Notes: generated by a model from the sequence alone, not told the origin. A DNA stretch of 64,000 bases from Halarcobacter sp. (GCA_048571215.1 CP182352.1:2048001-2112000); one strand, 5' to 3'; positions 10,769 through 22,508 are shown, counted from the first letter of the stretch. A program made the numbers and translations.

Positions 10769-12178
10769 CTAATTTGCTAGTGATTTTAAAAAATCAAGAG
10801 TCATTCTAACACCTGCACCACTAGCACCATAAGGATTATATCCCCACTCTTTTTCTACATATGCAGGTCCTGCTATATCAAAATGAACCCATTTTTGTTT
10901 ATTATCTTCATAGATAAAATTTTCCAAAAATAAACCTGCTGTAATAGAACCACCATATCTTGTGTTTGCAATATTACAAATATCTGCAATCTCTGATTTT
11001 ATAGTTTTTTTCAAAAATCTATTAAATGGTAAAGAGCTAGCATATTCTCCTGCATTTAAAGCACTTGACACAACATCTTCTTTAAGATTTGCATTATTTC
11101 CCATAATACCTGTTGTATACTCACCAAGTCCAACTACACAAGCACCTGTTAAGGTTGCAAAATCAAAAATATAATCTATATCTTTTATCTCATCTTGGGC
11201 ATAACATAAACAATCTGCTAAAACAAGTCTACCCTCGGCATCTGTGTTTCTTATCTCAATCGTTTTACCATTTTTTGCTGTTAAGATATCATCAGGTTTA
11301 TAAGCATCTCCACCAATCATATTTTCAACAGCACCAACGATACCATGTATCTCTATTGGTAAATTTAGTTTAGCAACTGCACTCATTATTCCTAAGACTG
11401 CACTTCCTCCACTTTTGTCACTTTTCATAGTTACCATATAATCAGCTGGCTTTAAAGATAATCCACCCGAATCGTATGTTAAACCTTTACCAACTAAGAC
11501 AACTTTTTTCTTTGCATTTTTAGGTTTATATGAAAGATGAATTAGCTTTGATTCATGAATTGAAGCTCTTCCAACACTATTCATTGCATTCATACCATTT
11601 TTTTCTAAATACTTTTCACCCTCAACTTTTATCATCAAATCTGATTCTTTTGCAATATCTTTTGCTAAATCTGCCATAACTTGTGGATAAAAATCTTGTG
11701 GAGCTGTATTTACCATGTCTCTGGTTTTATTTACTGCTTTTGCAACTAAAATTGCTTCATCAAAAGTTTTTTCTAATTCTTTTGTTAATTTATTTGTACA
11801 TATAAATAATTGTTGTTTTTTATCTTTTTTCTTATCTGATTTATATTTTGTAAATTTATAAGCCCCTAAAAGTGTCCCTTCTACTAAAGCTTTTAAATCT
11901 AAATTATCAAGTTTTAGTTTTGCATCTTTAAATTTAGTTGATTTTAATTTTTTTATAGCTGCTGCTATTGCTATTGCTATACTATCATAAGAGTTTTCTT
12001 CATATCCAGCATAAATTTTCTTTGATTCTGCAAGCATAATTACTGCTTCATCTTTTGCTTCAAAACCTAAGTTTTCTAAAATCTCTTTATCTTCTATATT
12101 ATCAATTGAATTTATAAGTATAATTTCAAAATCACTTTTTACTTTTTTTATATCTTTTTCTACTATATTAACTTTCAA
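10769..12178 (-). CDS. pepA: Leucyl aminopeptidase (M17)
   Basis: VGKGLTYDSGGLSLKP, MKSDKSG and NTDAEGRLVLAD. TTG start at 12178 after AGGAG. Confidence 0.96.
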   Translation of the reverse strand: MKVNIVEKDIKKVKSDFEIILINSIDNIEDKEILENLGFEAKDEAVIMLAESKKIYAGYEENSYDSIAIAIAAAIKKLKSTKFKDAKLKLDNLDLKALVEGTLLGAYKFTKYKSDKKKDKKQQLFICTNKLTKELEKTFDEAILVAKAVNKTRDMVNTAPQDFYPQVMADLAKDIAKESDLMIKVEGEKYLEKNGMNAMNSVGRASIHESKLIHLSYKPKNAKKKVVLVGKGLTYDSGGLSLKPADYMVTMKSDKSGGSAVLGIMSAVAKLNLPIEIHGIVGAVENMIGGDAYKPDDILTAKNGKTIEIRNTDAEGRLVLADCLCYAQDEIKDIDYIFDFATLTGACVVGLGEYTTGIMGNNANLKEDVVSSALNAGEYASSLPFNRFLKKTIKSEIADICNIANTRYGGSITAGLFLENFIYEDNKQKWVHFDIAGPAYVEKEWGYNPYGASGAGVRMTLDFLKSLAN

Positions 12179-12863
12179 TTTTTTTCTCCTTTTTCTTAGT
12201 AACTTTATTGAAATAGTATAAAATACTACCACCAATAATAACACCAAATGGTGCAGCAAAGTACCAGTGTTCTTTAACCCAAGTTAGTACAACTAAAATC
12301 TCTTCTCCAAAATACCAAGCTGGAAGTATAGTAATGGCTGCCCAACACCAAGCACTAATAAGATTGATAAATGCAAACATCTTACCACTATATCTTGTAA
12401 GACCAATTGATATAGGTATAATTGTTCTCATACCATACATATATCTTTGCATAAAAATTATTGGCCACCCATATTTTATCAATAATAAATGGGCAAGTGC
12501 AAATTTTCTTCTTTGACCTTTAAAGTTTTTATGAACATAAGATTTATTGAATCTTCCAATATAAAAATATATTTGATCCCCTGCAAATCCACCAAGACCT
12601 GCTATAAATATAGCCATATATAGATTCATATGTCCAGTATGAGATAAAAGCCCAGCCATGATAAGACCTGCTTCCCCCTCTAAAATACTCCAAGCAAATA
12701 AAATTATATAGCCATATTCTTTTAATAGATATACAAACTTATTTTCTATCCCTTCAACAGGAGCATGATATAAACTATATATTAAAAAAGAAAAGAATAT
12801 TGCAACAACAACAAAAAGTATTTTTCCCGAATTGTTTTGAAGTTTTCTAAAAAAGCTACCCAT
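12168..12863 (-). CDS. DedA family membrane protein
   Basis: ILEGEAGLIMAG...GDQIYFYIGR...QRYMYGMRTIIP. Confidence 0.9.
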   Translation of the reverse strand: MGSFFRKLQNNSGKILFVVVAIFFSFLIYSLYHAPVEGIENKFVYLLKEYGYIILFAWSILEGEAGLIMAGLLSHTGHMNLYMAIFIAGLGGFAGDQIYFYIGRFNKSYVHKNFKGQRRKFALAHLLLIKYGWPIIFMQRYMYGMRTIIPISIGLTRYSGKMFAFINLISAWCWAAITILPAWYFGEEILVVLTWVKEHWYFAAPFGVIIGGSILYYFNKVTKKKEKKIES

Positions 12864-12871
12864 CTCTTTCC

Positions 12872-14110
12872 TTAGTCAAAGTGCAAAATTTCTTTTGCTT
12901 GTACCATATCTTTATCACCTCGGCCAGAAAGATTTATTATTATAATTTTATCTTTTAATTTATCTTTTGCTTTTTTTAAATATGCTATTGCATGAGAGCT
13001 TTCAAAGGCTGGAATAATTCCCTCTTTTTGAGATAACCATACAAAGGCATCTATTGCTTCTTGGTCTGTAATAGAATCATACTCTACACTTTTATTATCT
13101 TTGTGAAATGAATGTTCTGGTCCAATACCTGGATAATCCAACCCTGCACTAATAGAGTGTGCTTCTAAAACCTGTCCATTTTCATCTTGTAAAAGATATG
13201 AACACTGCCCATGTAAAACTCCAGGACTTCCCTTTTCTAAAGAACACCCATGTTTATCCGTATCAAGTCCTAATCCACCAGCTTCAATACCAACACAAGT
13301 CACCTCTTTATCTTCTAAAAAGTGTGAAAAGATACCTATAGCATTTGAGCCACCACCAATACATGCAAGAACATAATCAGGCAATCTACCCTCTTTTTCT
13401 TGTATTTGTCTTCTTGCTTCCCAACCAATGATTGATTGAAAATCCCTTACCATCATAGGATATGGATGGGGACCTGCAACAGTACCTATGATATAAAATG
13501 TATCTCTTGCATTTGTAACCCAATATCTAATAGCATCATTCATAGCATCTTTTAAAGTTTTACTTCCACTTTCAACTGATACTACTTTTGCACCTAGAAG
13601 CTTCATTCTAAATACATTTAACTCTTGTCTAGCTACATCTTTTGCACCCATAAAAACCGTACACTCTAAACCTAAAAGTGCTGCAATAGTTGCACTTGCT
13701 ACCCCATGCTGTCCAGCACCAGTTTCAGCTATAACTTTTGTTTTACCAAGTTTTTTTGCTAATAACCCCTGTGCAATAACATTATTTACTTTATGAGCTC
13801 CTGTATGGTTTAGATCTTCCCTTTTTAAATAAACCTTTGCACCAACCTCATCACTAATATTTTTTGCAAAATATAGTGGGTTTTCTCTACCTACATAATC
13901 TTTTAAAAGAAGTGAAACCTCATACCAAAACTCTTTATCAAATCTATATTTTTTGTATTCATCTTCAAGCTCTTTTAGTATAGGCATTAAAGTTTCAGGA
14001 ACAAACCTACCTCCAAATTCTCCAAAGTGACCATTCTCATCAGGGTCAAATTTTGAAGGTTTTGGAATATAATATGAGTTATTAAAATTGTCTACTTTAT
14101 TATTTTTCAT
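12872..14110 (-). CDS. trpB: Tryptophan synthase beta subunit
   Basis: [15 protein letters not shown] (PLP Lys), [17 protein letters not shown] and [13 protein letters not shown]. Confidence 0.98.
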   Translation of the reverse strand: MKNNKVDNFNNSYYIPKPSKFDPDENGHFGEFGGRFVPETLMPILKELEDEYKKYRFDKEFWYEVSLLLKDYVGRENPLYFAKNISDEVGAKVYLKREDLNHTGAHKVNNVIAQGLLAKKLGKTKVIAETGAGQHGVASATIAALLGLECTVFMGAKDVARQELNVFRMKLLGAKVVSVESGSKTLKDAMNDAIRYWVTNARDTFYIIGTVAGPHPYPMMVRDFQSIIGWEARRQIQEKEGRLPDYVLACIGGGSNAIGIFSHFLEDKEVTCVGIEAGGLGLDTDKHGCSLEKGSPGVLHGQCSYLLQDENGQVLEAHSISAGLDYPGIGPEHSFHKDNKSVEYDSITDQEAIDAFVWLSQKEGIIPAFESSHAIAYLKKAKDKLKDKIIIINLSGRGDKDMVQAKEILHFD

Positions 14111-14131
14111 TATTATCCTATCTATTTTTAT

Positions 14132-14680
14132 CTATTCACTAATCTCAATCACCGAATAAACTGGTGCATGTTTACTTACTCTTTTTTCACCTTCTAAGAA
14201 TGTTAAGTTCAATAAAAAACATGATTCAACTAAATTTGCTCCAACATCTTTTACTAATTTAGCAGCAGCATTTGCCGTTCCACCTGTTGCAATTAAATCA
14301 TCTATTAATAAAACCCTAGCATTTTTTTTAGCAAATGCATCTAAGTGTATTTCAACTTCATCAAAGCCATACTCTAACTCGTATTTTTCACATACAGTAG
14401 TACCAGGTAACTTACCTTTTTTTCTTATTGGAACAAAACCTATATTAAGTCTATCTGCTAGCATAGCCCCAAAAATAAAACCTCGAGAGTCAATACCAGC
14501 TACATAATCTAAATCATAAGTTTTATATCTAGCTTCAAAATGGTTCATCAAAGTCTGAAGTGCTTCTTTATTGTTTAGTAGTGTGGTAATATCTTTAAAA
14601 ACAATCCCCTCTTTGGGAAAATCTTTTATATCTCTGATTGAATCATATATTATTTTTTTATCTTCATCACTTAAATTCAT
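14132..14680 (-). CDS. apt: Adenine phosphoribosyltransferase
   Basis: [26 protein letters not shown] and [13 protein letters not shown]. Confidence 0.97.
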   Translation of the reverse strand: MNLSDEDKKIIYDSIRDIKDFPKEGIVFKDITTLLNNKEALQTLMNHFEARYKTYDLDYVAGIDSRGFIFGAMLADRLNIGFVPIRKKGKLPGTTVCEKYELEYGFDEVEIHLDAFAKKNARVLLIDDLIATGGTANAAAKLVKDVGANLVESCFLLNLTFLEGEKRVSKHAPVYSVIEISE

Positions 14681-14733
14681 ACATAGTCCTATTTACAATT
14701 TTCAAAAGTAAATACATTCTATCGAAAAAAATA

Positions 14734-15258
14734 TTATGATATTATAATTTCAGGCACATCTTTAATGCTTTGACAAACATAATTAGCAAGAGATTTTTTC
14801 TCATCAAAACTGTGTCCAGTTTTAACTTGAATAGTATTTTTTATATTTGCATTTATTGCACACTTTATATCAGAAGATTTATCACCTATTAACCAAGAAT
14901 TTTCCAAGTCAATTGAAAAATTTTTTAAGATATTATCAATCATACCAGTTTTAGGTTTACGGCAAGAACAATTATCTTCTGGTACATGGGGGCAAAACTC
15001 AACTTGAGATATCTTTACGCCATTTTCATCAAACTTATCAAGCATCCAAGAATTTAGCCTTTTAAAGTCATCATAGCTATAATATCCCCTTGCAATTCCC
15101 GATTGATTTGTAATAATAAAAAGCAAATAACCCTCTTTTTGTAATATCTTAAGAGTATCAATTAGTCCTTCTATAAATTCAAACTCTTCTATTGTATGAA
15201 GGTACTCTTTTTCAATATTTACCACACCATCTCTATCTAAGAATATAGCTTTTTGCAT
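14734..15258 (-). CDS. gmhB: D-glycero-D-manno-heptose 1,7-bisphosphate phosphatase
   Basis: FLDRDGV, ITNQSGIARG, CPH...CSCRKP and IGDKSSD. Lies next to gmhA/hldE. Confidence 0.93.
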   Translation of the reverse strand: MQKAIFLDRDGVVNIEKEYLHTIEEFEFIEGLIDTLKILQKEGYLLFIITNQSGIARGYYSYDDFKRLNSWMLDKFDENGVKISQVEFCPHVPEDNCSCRKPKTGMIDNILKNFSIDLENSWLIGDKSSDIKCAINANIKNTIQVKTGHSFDEKKSLANYVCQSIKDVPEIIIS

Positions 15259-15300
15259 AATATTATCCTAAAAAAATTTATAGGAAATATTTTAGCCAAA

Positions 15301-15690
15301 TTATATTAAATCAAAATTTTGGGAAGTTATTCCTAAATCAAATAAAGTTTCACATACTGAACCTACATCTTTTTGAATCTTAAGTTCTATGTTTTTATCT
15401 TTTACTTCCAGAGTTACACAAGTTTTTTCTTGATCATTAAAAATAACTTTTTTATCTTCTACCTTCCAATTAGTAGTATTTAGTGTAATTGCATCTGAAA
15501 TTTTATCAATTTTTCTATTTATTAAATAGTGTCTTTGTATAGAGGTTATTGTTGAGACAATATCCCTTTCAATAGTTGATGCCAAAGCAGCATCTCTTGT
15601 ATCCATATATTTTGGTATAGCAAAAGAAGCTATGATACCTATAATTACAATTGAGAATATTAGTTCAAGCAAAGAAAAAGCATTTTTCAT
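15301..15690 (-). CDS. Prepilin-type N-terminal cleavage/methylation domain protein (pseudopilin/pilin)
   Basis: Class III signal MKNA|FSLLELIFSIVIIGIIASFAIPK and a C-terminal Cys pair. Confidence 0.88.
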   Translation of the reverse strand: MKNAFSLLELIFSIVIIGIIASFAIPKYMDTRDAALASTIERDIVSTITSIQRHYLINRKIDKISDAITLNTTNWKVEDKKVIFNDQEKTCVTLEVKDKNIELKIQKDVGSVCETLFDLGITSQNFDLI

Positions 15691-15761
15691 AGTTACAACC
15701 TTTTAATAATAAAAAAGATTATAACTATATTATTCTTAAAGATAATTTATTTTATTATATA

Positions 15762-16328
15762 TCAACTCAATTCATTATCAATAATCTGACAAATTGTATG
15801 ACCAAACAAAATATGCATCTCTTGGATTCTTGGGGTATTATCTGAGGGTACTATTAGGTTTACATCACAGTACTTATCCATCTGCCCTCCATCTCTTCCT
15901 GAAAAACCTATTATTTTACAAGCTAACTCTTTTCCTATTTTAAAGGCATTTATTACATTTTTTGAGTTACCTGAGGTTGATATCCCTATTAGTACATCAC
16001 CTTTATTAGCTAGGGCTTCTACTTGTCTATCAAACACTCTATCATATCCATAATCATTTCCTATTGCTGTTAGGGCTGATGTATCTGTTGTTAGGGCAAG
16101 TCCAGGCAATCCTCTTCTTTCTGTTTTATATCTTCCTGTTAATTCTGCTGCTATATGTTGTGCATCTGCTGCGCTTCCACCATTTCCAAAGAGTATTATT
16201 TTATTTCCATTCTTTAGGGCATCTACTGCTAGTTGTGAGGCTACTTGCAGGGGAGCATCCATTTTATCTATTACTTTTTGTATTATTTCTAGGTGTGATT
16301 GTAACTCTTTATATATTGTATCTTTCAT
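15762..16328 (-). CDS. gmhA: D-sedoheptulose 7-phosphate isomerase
   Basis: [27 protein letters not shown] and RIQEMH. Confidence 0.97.
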   Translation of the reverse strand: MKDTIYKELQSHLEIIQKVIDKMDAPLQVASQLAVDALKNGNKIILFGNGGSAADAQHIAAELTGRYKTERRGLPGLALTTDTSALTAIGNDYGYDRVFDRQVEALANKGDVLIGISTSGNSKNVINAFKIGKELACKIIGFSGRDGGQMDKYCDVNLIVPSDNTPRIQEMHILFGHTICQIIDNELS

Positions 16329-16333
16329 ATAAA

Positions 16334-17764
16334 CTACCCTTGAATCTTTTCAATTATTTTACTCGTACTTCTACCCTCTACAAAATTAATTAATTTTGTT
16401 TCTTTTGCTATATCAGAACCTATCACTTCTTTTCCTTCATAATCTGCACCTTTTGCAAGGATATCTGGTTGTACTACTTTAATCAATTCATAGGGTGTAT
16501 CTTCATCAAAGATTACTACATAATCTACACATTCCAAGGCTGAAAGGACATAGGCTCTATCATCTTGGGTATTTACTGGTCTTGATTCCCCTTTTAATCT
16601 TTTTACTGAATCATCAGAGTTTAATCCAAGTATTAGTACATCACCATATGACTTTGCTATATTTAGGTAACTTACATGACCTTTATGAAGGATATCAAAG
16701 CAGCCATTTGTAAACACTATTTTTTTATTTTGTTGTTTCAATCTGTTTGATATTTTTTCTATTTCTTGGAAATCTTTTATATGAAGTTCAATTGAGCTTT
16801 TATGTAAGCTTGCTTTATATTCTTCTATTTCATCTAAGGTAACTGTTGCGCTTCCTAATTTCCCTACTACTACACCTGCTGCTAGGTTTGCAAATTTTAT
16901 TGCTTTATTAATATCATAATCTAAAGACAGTGCATATCCCAAAGAGGCTAGGACGGTATCCCCTGCTCCTGTTACATCATATACTTCTCTTGCAACAGTT
17001 GGGTGGGTTATTACTTTATCATCATCTAAGACAGCTATTCCATTTTCACTTAAGGTTATTAAAGAGATACTTAAGTTTGATTGTTCTTTTAATTTTTTCA
17101 ATACTTTTTTTAGGCTTTCTTGATCTTCTATTTGTATATTTGAGGCTAATTGTGCTTCTTTTTTATTTGGAGTTAGAAGGTAAGCGTTTTTATATTTAGT
17201 AAAATCATTACCTTTTGGGTCTACTAATACTTTTATCTTATGATTATTTGCAAGATTTATTATCTTTTCAACTAAAGAGCTAGTTAATACTCCTTTATTA
17301 TAATCTGATAAGAGTATCACTTCTATATTTTTATTATGTTGTATACTTATTTGAAATTTATCAAATAGAAGTTCTTGACTTTGTTTTGAGATATCCTCTT
17401 TACTCTCTTTATCATATCTAACTACTTGGGAATTAGATGCCATAAGTCTTGTTTTTCTTGAGGTTTTTCTATTTTCTTGTTCTACGAGGTAAGATTTTAC
17501 ATCTATATTTTCAAGCATTGACTTTATCTCATCACCTACTGGGTCATCTCCTATTACTGAGATAACTTCAACATCTACTCCTAAGGATACTAGGTTATTT
17601 ATTACATTCCCTGCTCCACCTAACAGTTTTGTTTCTTTTTTTACATCTACTATTTGCACAGGGGCTTCAGGGGAGATTCTTTCACAGTTTCCCCAAAGGT
17701 ATTCATCTATCATCAAATCTCCTATTACTAGGATATTTGGTTTTTCATTTATATTTTTTGTCAT
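16334..17764 (-). CDS. hldE: Bifunctional heptose 7-phosphate kinase / heptose 1-phosphate adenylyltransferase
   Basis: Kinase domain ([16 protein letters not shown]) followed by the adenylyltransferase domain [13 protein letters not shown]. Confidence 0.97.
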   Translation of the reverse strand: MTKNINEKPNILVIGDLMIDEYLWGNCERISPEAPVQIVDVKKETKLLGGAGNVINNLVSLGVDVEVISVIGDDPVGDEIKSMLENIDVKSYLVEQENRKTSRKTRLMASNSQVVRYDKESKEDISKQSQELLFDKFQISIQHNKNIEVILLSDYNKGVLTSSLVEKIINLANNHKIKVLVDPKGNDFTKYKNAYLLTPNKKEAQLASNIQIEDQESLKKVLKKLKEQSNLSISLITLSENGIAVLDDDKVITHPTVAREVYDVTGAGDTVLASLGYALSLDYDINKAIKFANLAAGVVVGKLGSATVTLDEIEEYKASLHKSSIELHIKDFQEIEKISNRLKQQNKKIVFTNGCFDILHKGHVSYLNIAKSYGDVLILGLNSDDSVKRLKGESRPVNTQDDRAYVLSALECVDYVVIFDEDTPYELIKVVQPDILAKGADYEGKEVIGSDIAKETKLINFVEGRSTSKIIEKIQG

Positions 17765-18776
17765 TATTTTTCACTTCTATTTCAAACAATCTTTTTATCT
17801 CTGGCACATATGCTTTTATACCATCTTCTAGGGAGTATTGGGGTTCATAATCTAGGTTTTCTTTTGTTGTATCTATATTTGCTTGGGTAAAAAACTGGTA
17901 TTGTCCCACATATGGGTTAGGGATATATTCTTTACCATTATCTATATTTAGCTCTTTTTGCAGTACATTTACTATATCTTCGAAGCTTCTTGCTTTACCT
18001 GTCCCCACATTATACACACCACTTCTTTTAGGATTACACGCTTTTATATTTGCTTGGATTACATCATCTATATATACAAAGTCTCTTAGGATTTTATCAC
18101 TTCCTTCAAACAGTTTTGGGGTTTGTTCATTTAGGATTTGGTGTCCAAACTGTACTACCATTGAGGCTGTTTTATTTTTATAATATTCTCTTGGTCCATA
18201 CACATTAAAGTATTTTAATCCTACTATATTTATATCTACTACACCCTCTTTTAGATATTTATAGGTTATATTATCCATCATCACTTTTGAGAAACCATAT
18301 ACATTATTTGGTTGTTCATATCCTATTTCAAAGGTATCACTATCTCCATATGTAGCGGCACTACTTGCGTATATCATATTTGCTTTATGTTTTATTGCGA
18401 TTTTTAACAAATCTTCATAGGCATTTACATTTGTTTTTATCATCAAATCTTGTTCTTGTGCTGTTGTATCTGAGATAGCTGCTTGGTGGAATATATAATC
18501 AAATTTATATTTTTCTTCTAAGTTTTTTAATAATTGTTTATCATTTATATCACCACTTATTACTACACCATTAAATCCTATTAGATTTTTAAAGTGTCCG
18601 AAGCTTTTTAGGTTTTCATTTGTAAATGTTTCACCACTTCGAAAACAATCTAAGGCTATTATATTTGCTTCTGGGTAATTTTCTTGGAAATAAAAACACA
18701 GGTTACTTCCTATGAAGCCTGCTGCTCCTGTTATTAATATTGTCTTTTTATTATAGTCTATATTATTGTGGGTCAT
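17745..18776 (-). CDS. hldD: ADP-glyceromanno-heptose 6-epimerase
   Basis: TGAAGFIGSN, HQAAISDTT, YASSAATYG, YGFSK and YQFFTQA. Confidence 0.95.
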   Translation of the reverse strand: MTHNNIDYNKKTILITGAAGFIGSNLCFYFQENYPEANIIALDCFRSGETFTNENLKSFGHFKNLIGFNGVVISGDINDKQLLKNLEEKYKFDYIFHQAAISDTTAQEQDLMIKTNVNAYEDLLKIAIKHKANMIYASSAATYGDSDTFEIGYEQPNNVYGFSKVMMDNITYKYLKEGVVDINIVGLKYFNVYGPREYYKNKTASMVVQFGHQILNEQTPKLFEGSDKILRDFVYIDDVIQANIKACNPKRSGVYNVGTGKARSFEDIVNVLQKELNIDNGKEYIPNPYVGQYQFFTQANIDTTKENLDYEPQYSLEDGIKAYVPEIKRLFEIEVKNNDKKYK

Positions 18777-18834
18777 TTCTTCTCTTTTTTTTATTTAAGA
18801 AAGTATATCTAAAATAGATTTATGATTTATTTTA

Positions 18835-20547
18835 TTAAAAAGGGAAAATAAAAGGCACAAATACTATCACCACAATTGAATAAACAATAGAAATAATCCA
18901 ACCTATTTTAAAAAAATCTTTTATTTTATAATTTCCCAAAGAACTAACCATAAGGTTTGTTTGATACCCATAAGGTAACATAAAACTTGCACTAGCTCCA
19001 AATGCTACAGCAAAAACAAATGGCAATATATTTACATCTAAATTTACAGCAGTAGCAAATGCAATAGGAAAACTTAAAGCTGCTGCTGCATTGTTAGTAA
19101 TCAATTCTGTTAAAAAAAATGTTAAAAGATATATTCCAATAAAACTTCCATAAACTCCATATATACCAAAACTGTTTATTATAATATCTGCAAAATCTTT
19201 TGCTAATCCAGAAGTTATTAGAACTTTTGAGACAACTAAAGAGGAACCAATTATCAAAAATATATCGTAGGGAAACCTTCTTTTAATCTCGTCTATTTTT
19301 ATTATCTTAAATAAAATTAAAATAAATAGATATATTAATAAAAGTTTAAAAAGTGACAAAAAACCAACAGCAGATAGAAAAATAGAAAAAACAAAGCCTA
19401 AAAATATTGTTAAACTTTTTTCAATACCAAATTTTTTTGTTTGGTTAATCTTAGAAAGTGTATAAAAATTTTTGTTTATATTATCCCTAGTATCAAAATC
19501 TTTTCCTACTGAAAGTACAAGTCTATCACCTGCTTGCAAAATCTCATCACCTATTTTTGATATACAAAGAGAACCTCTCTTTAAAGAGATAATTACTGCA
19601 TTAAACTTTGACCTAAAATTTGCATCTTTTACTTTTTTATTTACTAAATTTGAATCTGGAGTTATTATCACATCGACTAAAGTTAGTTTTCCAATCTCTG
19701 TATCATCTACTAAGTTTAATCCACTGAATCTTTTTAATACCTCAATATGATGAATATCCCCACTAAAAAGCAAGCTATCATCTTTTTCTATAATTTCTGT
19801 AGGAGGAACAGGAGATATAATCTTGCCATTTCTATTTATTTCTATTAAAAATAGATACTCTAAATTTCTAAGACCATTATCTATAATACTTTTATTTATC
19901 ATGGTACTAGTTGGTGATATTTTTGCTTCTATTAAATGTTCTTGAATCTCATCTTTTTCTATTTCATAGCTAGGAAGTAAAAAACTAAAAATATATATGC
20001 TTAGCACACCAAATAATGTTATAAAAAATCCCACATAAAAGAAATCAAAAATTTCTAAACTCGGAATTCCATTTTGTATCACAAAACTATTAACTAAAAG
20101 ATTTGTAGATGTACCTATCAATGTCATCGTACCACCAAAAATTGCAAAGTAAGATAAAGGAATCAAAAGTTTGGAAGGGTTATGATATTTATTATTTTTA
20201 ATCACTCCCATCAAGCTTGCTACGACAGCTGTGTTATTTAAAAAAGCAGAAAAAACTGAAGTTACAAGCCCCAATTTCAAAAGTGTAGTTTTGTAATTTT
20301 TTTTGATTATTGCTTTAGAAAAATACTCTAAAAATATTGTCTTTTCTAAAGCTATGGAAACAATCAAAAGTAAAACTAAAGTTAAAAGTGAACTATTTAC
20401 AAAACTTATTGCAAATTTTTCAAATGATATAAAGTCCAAAATCAAATAAATAGAAGCCAAAGAAGTAAATAATATCGATGGCTTATATTTATTTTGAATA
20501 AGTAAAATTAAAAGTACTAACAAAGATAATAAAACAATTATCTTCAT
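18835..20547 (-). CDS. SLC13/TrkA-C permease, probable sulfate (di-anion) transporter
   Basis: SAFLNNTAVV, GGTMTLIGTSTNL, two RCK_C repeats, TELITNNAAAA and PYGYQTNLMV. Lies beside the cys genes. Confidence 0.88.
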   Translation of the reverse strand: MKIIVLLSLLVLLILLIQNKYKPSILFTSLASIYLILDFISFEKFAISFVNSSLLTLVLLLIVSIALEKTIFLEYFSKAIIKKNYKTTLLKLGLVTSVFSAFLNNTAVVASLMGVIKNNKYHNPSKLLIPLSYFAIFGGTMTLIGTSTNLLVNSFVIQNGIPSLEIFDFFYVGFFITLFGVLSIYIFSFLLPSYEIEKDEIQEHLIEAKISPTSTMINKSIIDNGLRNLEYLFLIEINRNGKIISPVPPTEIIEKDDSLLFSGDIHHIEVLKRFSGLNLVDDTEIGKLTLVDVIITPDSNLVNKKVKDANFRSKFNAVIISLKRGSLCISKIGDEILQAGDRLVLSVGKDFDTRDNINKNFYTLSKINQTKKFGIEKSLTIFLGFVFSIFLSAVGFLSLFKLLLIYLFILILFKIIKIDEIKRRFPYDIFLIIGSSLVVSKVLITSGLAKDFADIIINSFGIYGVYGSFIGIYLLTFFLTELITNNAAAALSFPIAFATAVNLDVNILPFVFAVAFGASASFMLPYGYQTNLMVSSLGNYKIKDFFKIGWIISIVYSIVVIVFVPFIFPF

Positions 20548-21308
20548 ATATTTTTACTCTTAGAAAAAGTATTTATATCTTCCTTTTTATCCTCAATATA
20601 ATGACTAATTGCTTCTTTTATATTTTCAAGTTTATTTGGATTGCCTTGAAGGTTTTTAAAGTGGGCTGAGATTTCACTATTTTCTTGTATTTTTAAGTCA
20701 GCTATTTTTGAACAAATATCTAAAAAAACAGAATAAGGAACATCATCTCCTCTTTTTAAAAAATGTATCGCTCTTTGAAGTGATACGAAAGGGTTTAAAC
20801 TAACTCTTGATAGATTATTTACTCTTGTATTTATATAATCAATGAATTCCATTCTTAAATCACATTTCACAACTGTAAAAAGCCTTTTTTTTGTGTTGTA
20901 TATACATTCAAAGGCAACTTTTGTTGAATCAAAATCAAAACCATCAACCAGCTGTTCTAGGGTAGCATCTTTGAATTTTTCTCTAAAAACTAGTTGATAA
21001 ATATCATTTTTATATCTATAAGTATAAGAGTTATTTTCATATTCAAAATAGTCTTTATTTAAAGCATTGTTTATAAGTTCTCTATCTGAGCTTTCAGGAA
21101 ATATCATGTCCAAATCTCTAAAAACATCAGATTTGATACAAGAACCTGCAAGATAGAATCTAATCTCTTCTTTTTCTATATGATTTACAAGCAATCTTTG
21201 AAAAAATTCATTTAATTTTATAACAATATTGTCAAGCCTATAATCAAAAGCCAAAGATTGATCGTAAGAAAGAAGCTCTTGATAGTTTTTCCAAAAATCA
21301 TAAATCAT
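20544..21308 (-). CDS. Hypothetical protein with Pol-beta-like nucleotidyltransferase motifs
   Basis: FYLAGSCIKSDVFRDLDMIF (hG[GS]...DxD), then YQLV, FDF and SLQRAIHFLKRG. GGGGAG RBS. ATGA overlap with the permease. Confidence 0.6.
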   Translation of the reverse strand: MIYDFWKNYQELLSYDQSLAFDYRLDNIVIKLNEFFQRLLVNHIEKEEIRFYLAGSCIKSDVFRDLDMIFPESSDRELINNALNKDYFEYENNSYTYRYKNDIYQLVFREKFKDATLEQLVDGFDFDSTKVAFECIYNTKKRLFTVVKCDLRMEFIDYINTRVNNLSRVSLNPFVSLQRAIHFLKRGDDVPYSVFLDICSKIADLKIQENSEISAHFKNLQGNPNKLENIKEAISHYIEDKKEDINTFSKSKNI

Positions 21309-21459
21309 ATAATAAATTCTCCCCTAATAGTAATATTTATACTATTATATGAAAGTAAAGTTTAAAGCTTGTTTGTGCAAAAAAATATACTATTTATTAT
21401 ATCTACTAAATCAAATTCATATTTATTTAAAGTTCCAAAAAACCTATCAAGCTATAAAC

Positions 21460-22491
21460 TTACTCTTCATAACCCTTTGGATTAAAACTTTGCCATCTCC
21501 AACTATCTTCACACATATCATCTAACCCTTTTTTGGCTTCCCAATCTAAGACTTTTTTTGCATAATTTGGATTGGCAAAACATTTGGCTATATCTCCTGC
21601 TCTTCTATCTACTATCTTATAAGGTATCTTCACATTTGAAGCTTTTTCAAAAGCTTTTACTACATCTAAAACAGAATACCCATTACCCGTACCTAAATTT
21701 ACCGTTAGAACTTCAGATATATTTGAGATTTTTTCAAGAGCTTTTACATGTCCTTGAGCTAAATCAACAACATGTATATAGTCTCTAACACCAGTACCAT
21801 CAGGAGTATCATAATCACCACCAAAAACAGAAAGAAATTCTCTTTTTCCAACTGCAACTTGAGTAATAAATGGCATAAGATTATTTGGTATACCATTTGG
21901 ATTTTCACCTATAGTACCACTTTTATGAGCCCCCACAGGATTGAAATATCTTAAAATAACAATTTTAAAATCATTATCACTAATATACAAATCTCTTAAA
22001 ATCTCTTCTATAAAATATTTAGTTCTACCATATGGATTAGTTGTAGCCCCCACAGAAAATTCTTCGCTAATTCCACTATCCACTTTATCATCTAACTTAG
22101 GATCCCCATACACAGTAGCAGAAGAGCTAAATACAATCTTTTTACAATTGTTATTTCTCATAACTTCTAACAAACACAAAGTACCATTGATATTATTATC
22201 ATAATACTCCAAAGGTTTTTCAACAGATTCACCCACAGCTTTAAGACCTGCAAAATGTATTACACTATCTATTTCATACTTTTCAAATACTTTTTGTAAA
22301 GATTCTTTATCTCTAATATCACCCTCAATAAACTCAATACTTTTGCCAATAATTTTTTCAACTCTTTTTAAACTCTCTTTAGAAGAGTTACAAAGATTAT
22401 CAAAAACTACAAAATCAAATCCAGCCTCATGTAAACTAATACAAGTATGAGACCCAATATAACCTGCACCACCGGTAACTAATATTTTCAA
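21460..22491 (-). CDS. galE: UDP-glucose 4-epimerase
   Basis: GGAGYIGSHT, HFAGLKAVGES, SSSATVYG, YGRTK, LRYFNPVGAH and GVRDYIHV. Confidence 0.97.
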   Translation of the reverse strand: MKILVTGGAGYIGSHTCISLHEAGFDFVVFDNLCNSSKESLKRVEKIIGKSIEFIEGDIRDKESLQKVFEKYEIDSVIHFAGLKAVGESVEKPLEYYDNNINGTLCLLEVMRNNNCKKIVFSSSATVYGDPKLDDKVDSGISEEFSVGATTNPYGRTKYFIEEILRDLYISDNDFKIVILRYFNPVGAHKSGTIGENPNGIPNNLMPFITQVAVGKREFLSVFGGDYDTPDGTGVRDYIHVVDLAQGHVKALEKISNISEVLTVNLGTGNGYSVLDVVKAFEKASNVKIPYKIVDRRAGDIAKCFANPNYAKKVLDWEAKKGLDDMCEDSWRWQSFNPKGYEE

Positions 22492-22508
22492 ATTTTTCCT
22501 TTACCTAT

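Noticed and set aside
12872..14110. trpB without trpA and far from trpE, suggesting a stand-alone TrpB2
   Set aside because: The motifs are those of canonical TrpB1, and dispersed trp genes are not unusual in free-living Campylobacterota.
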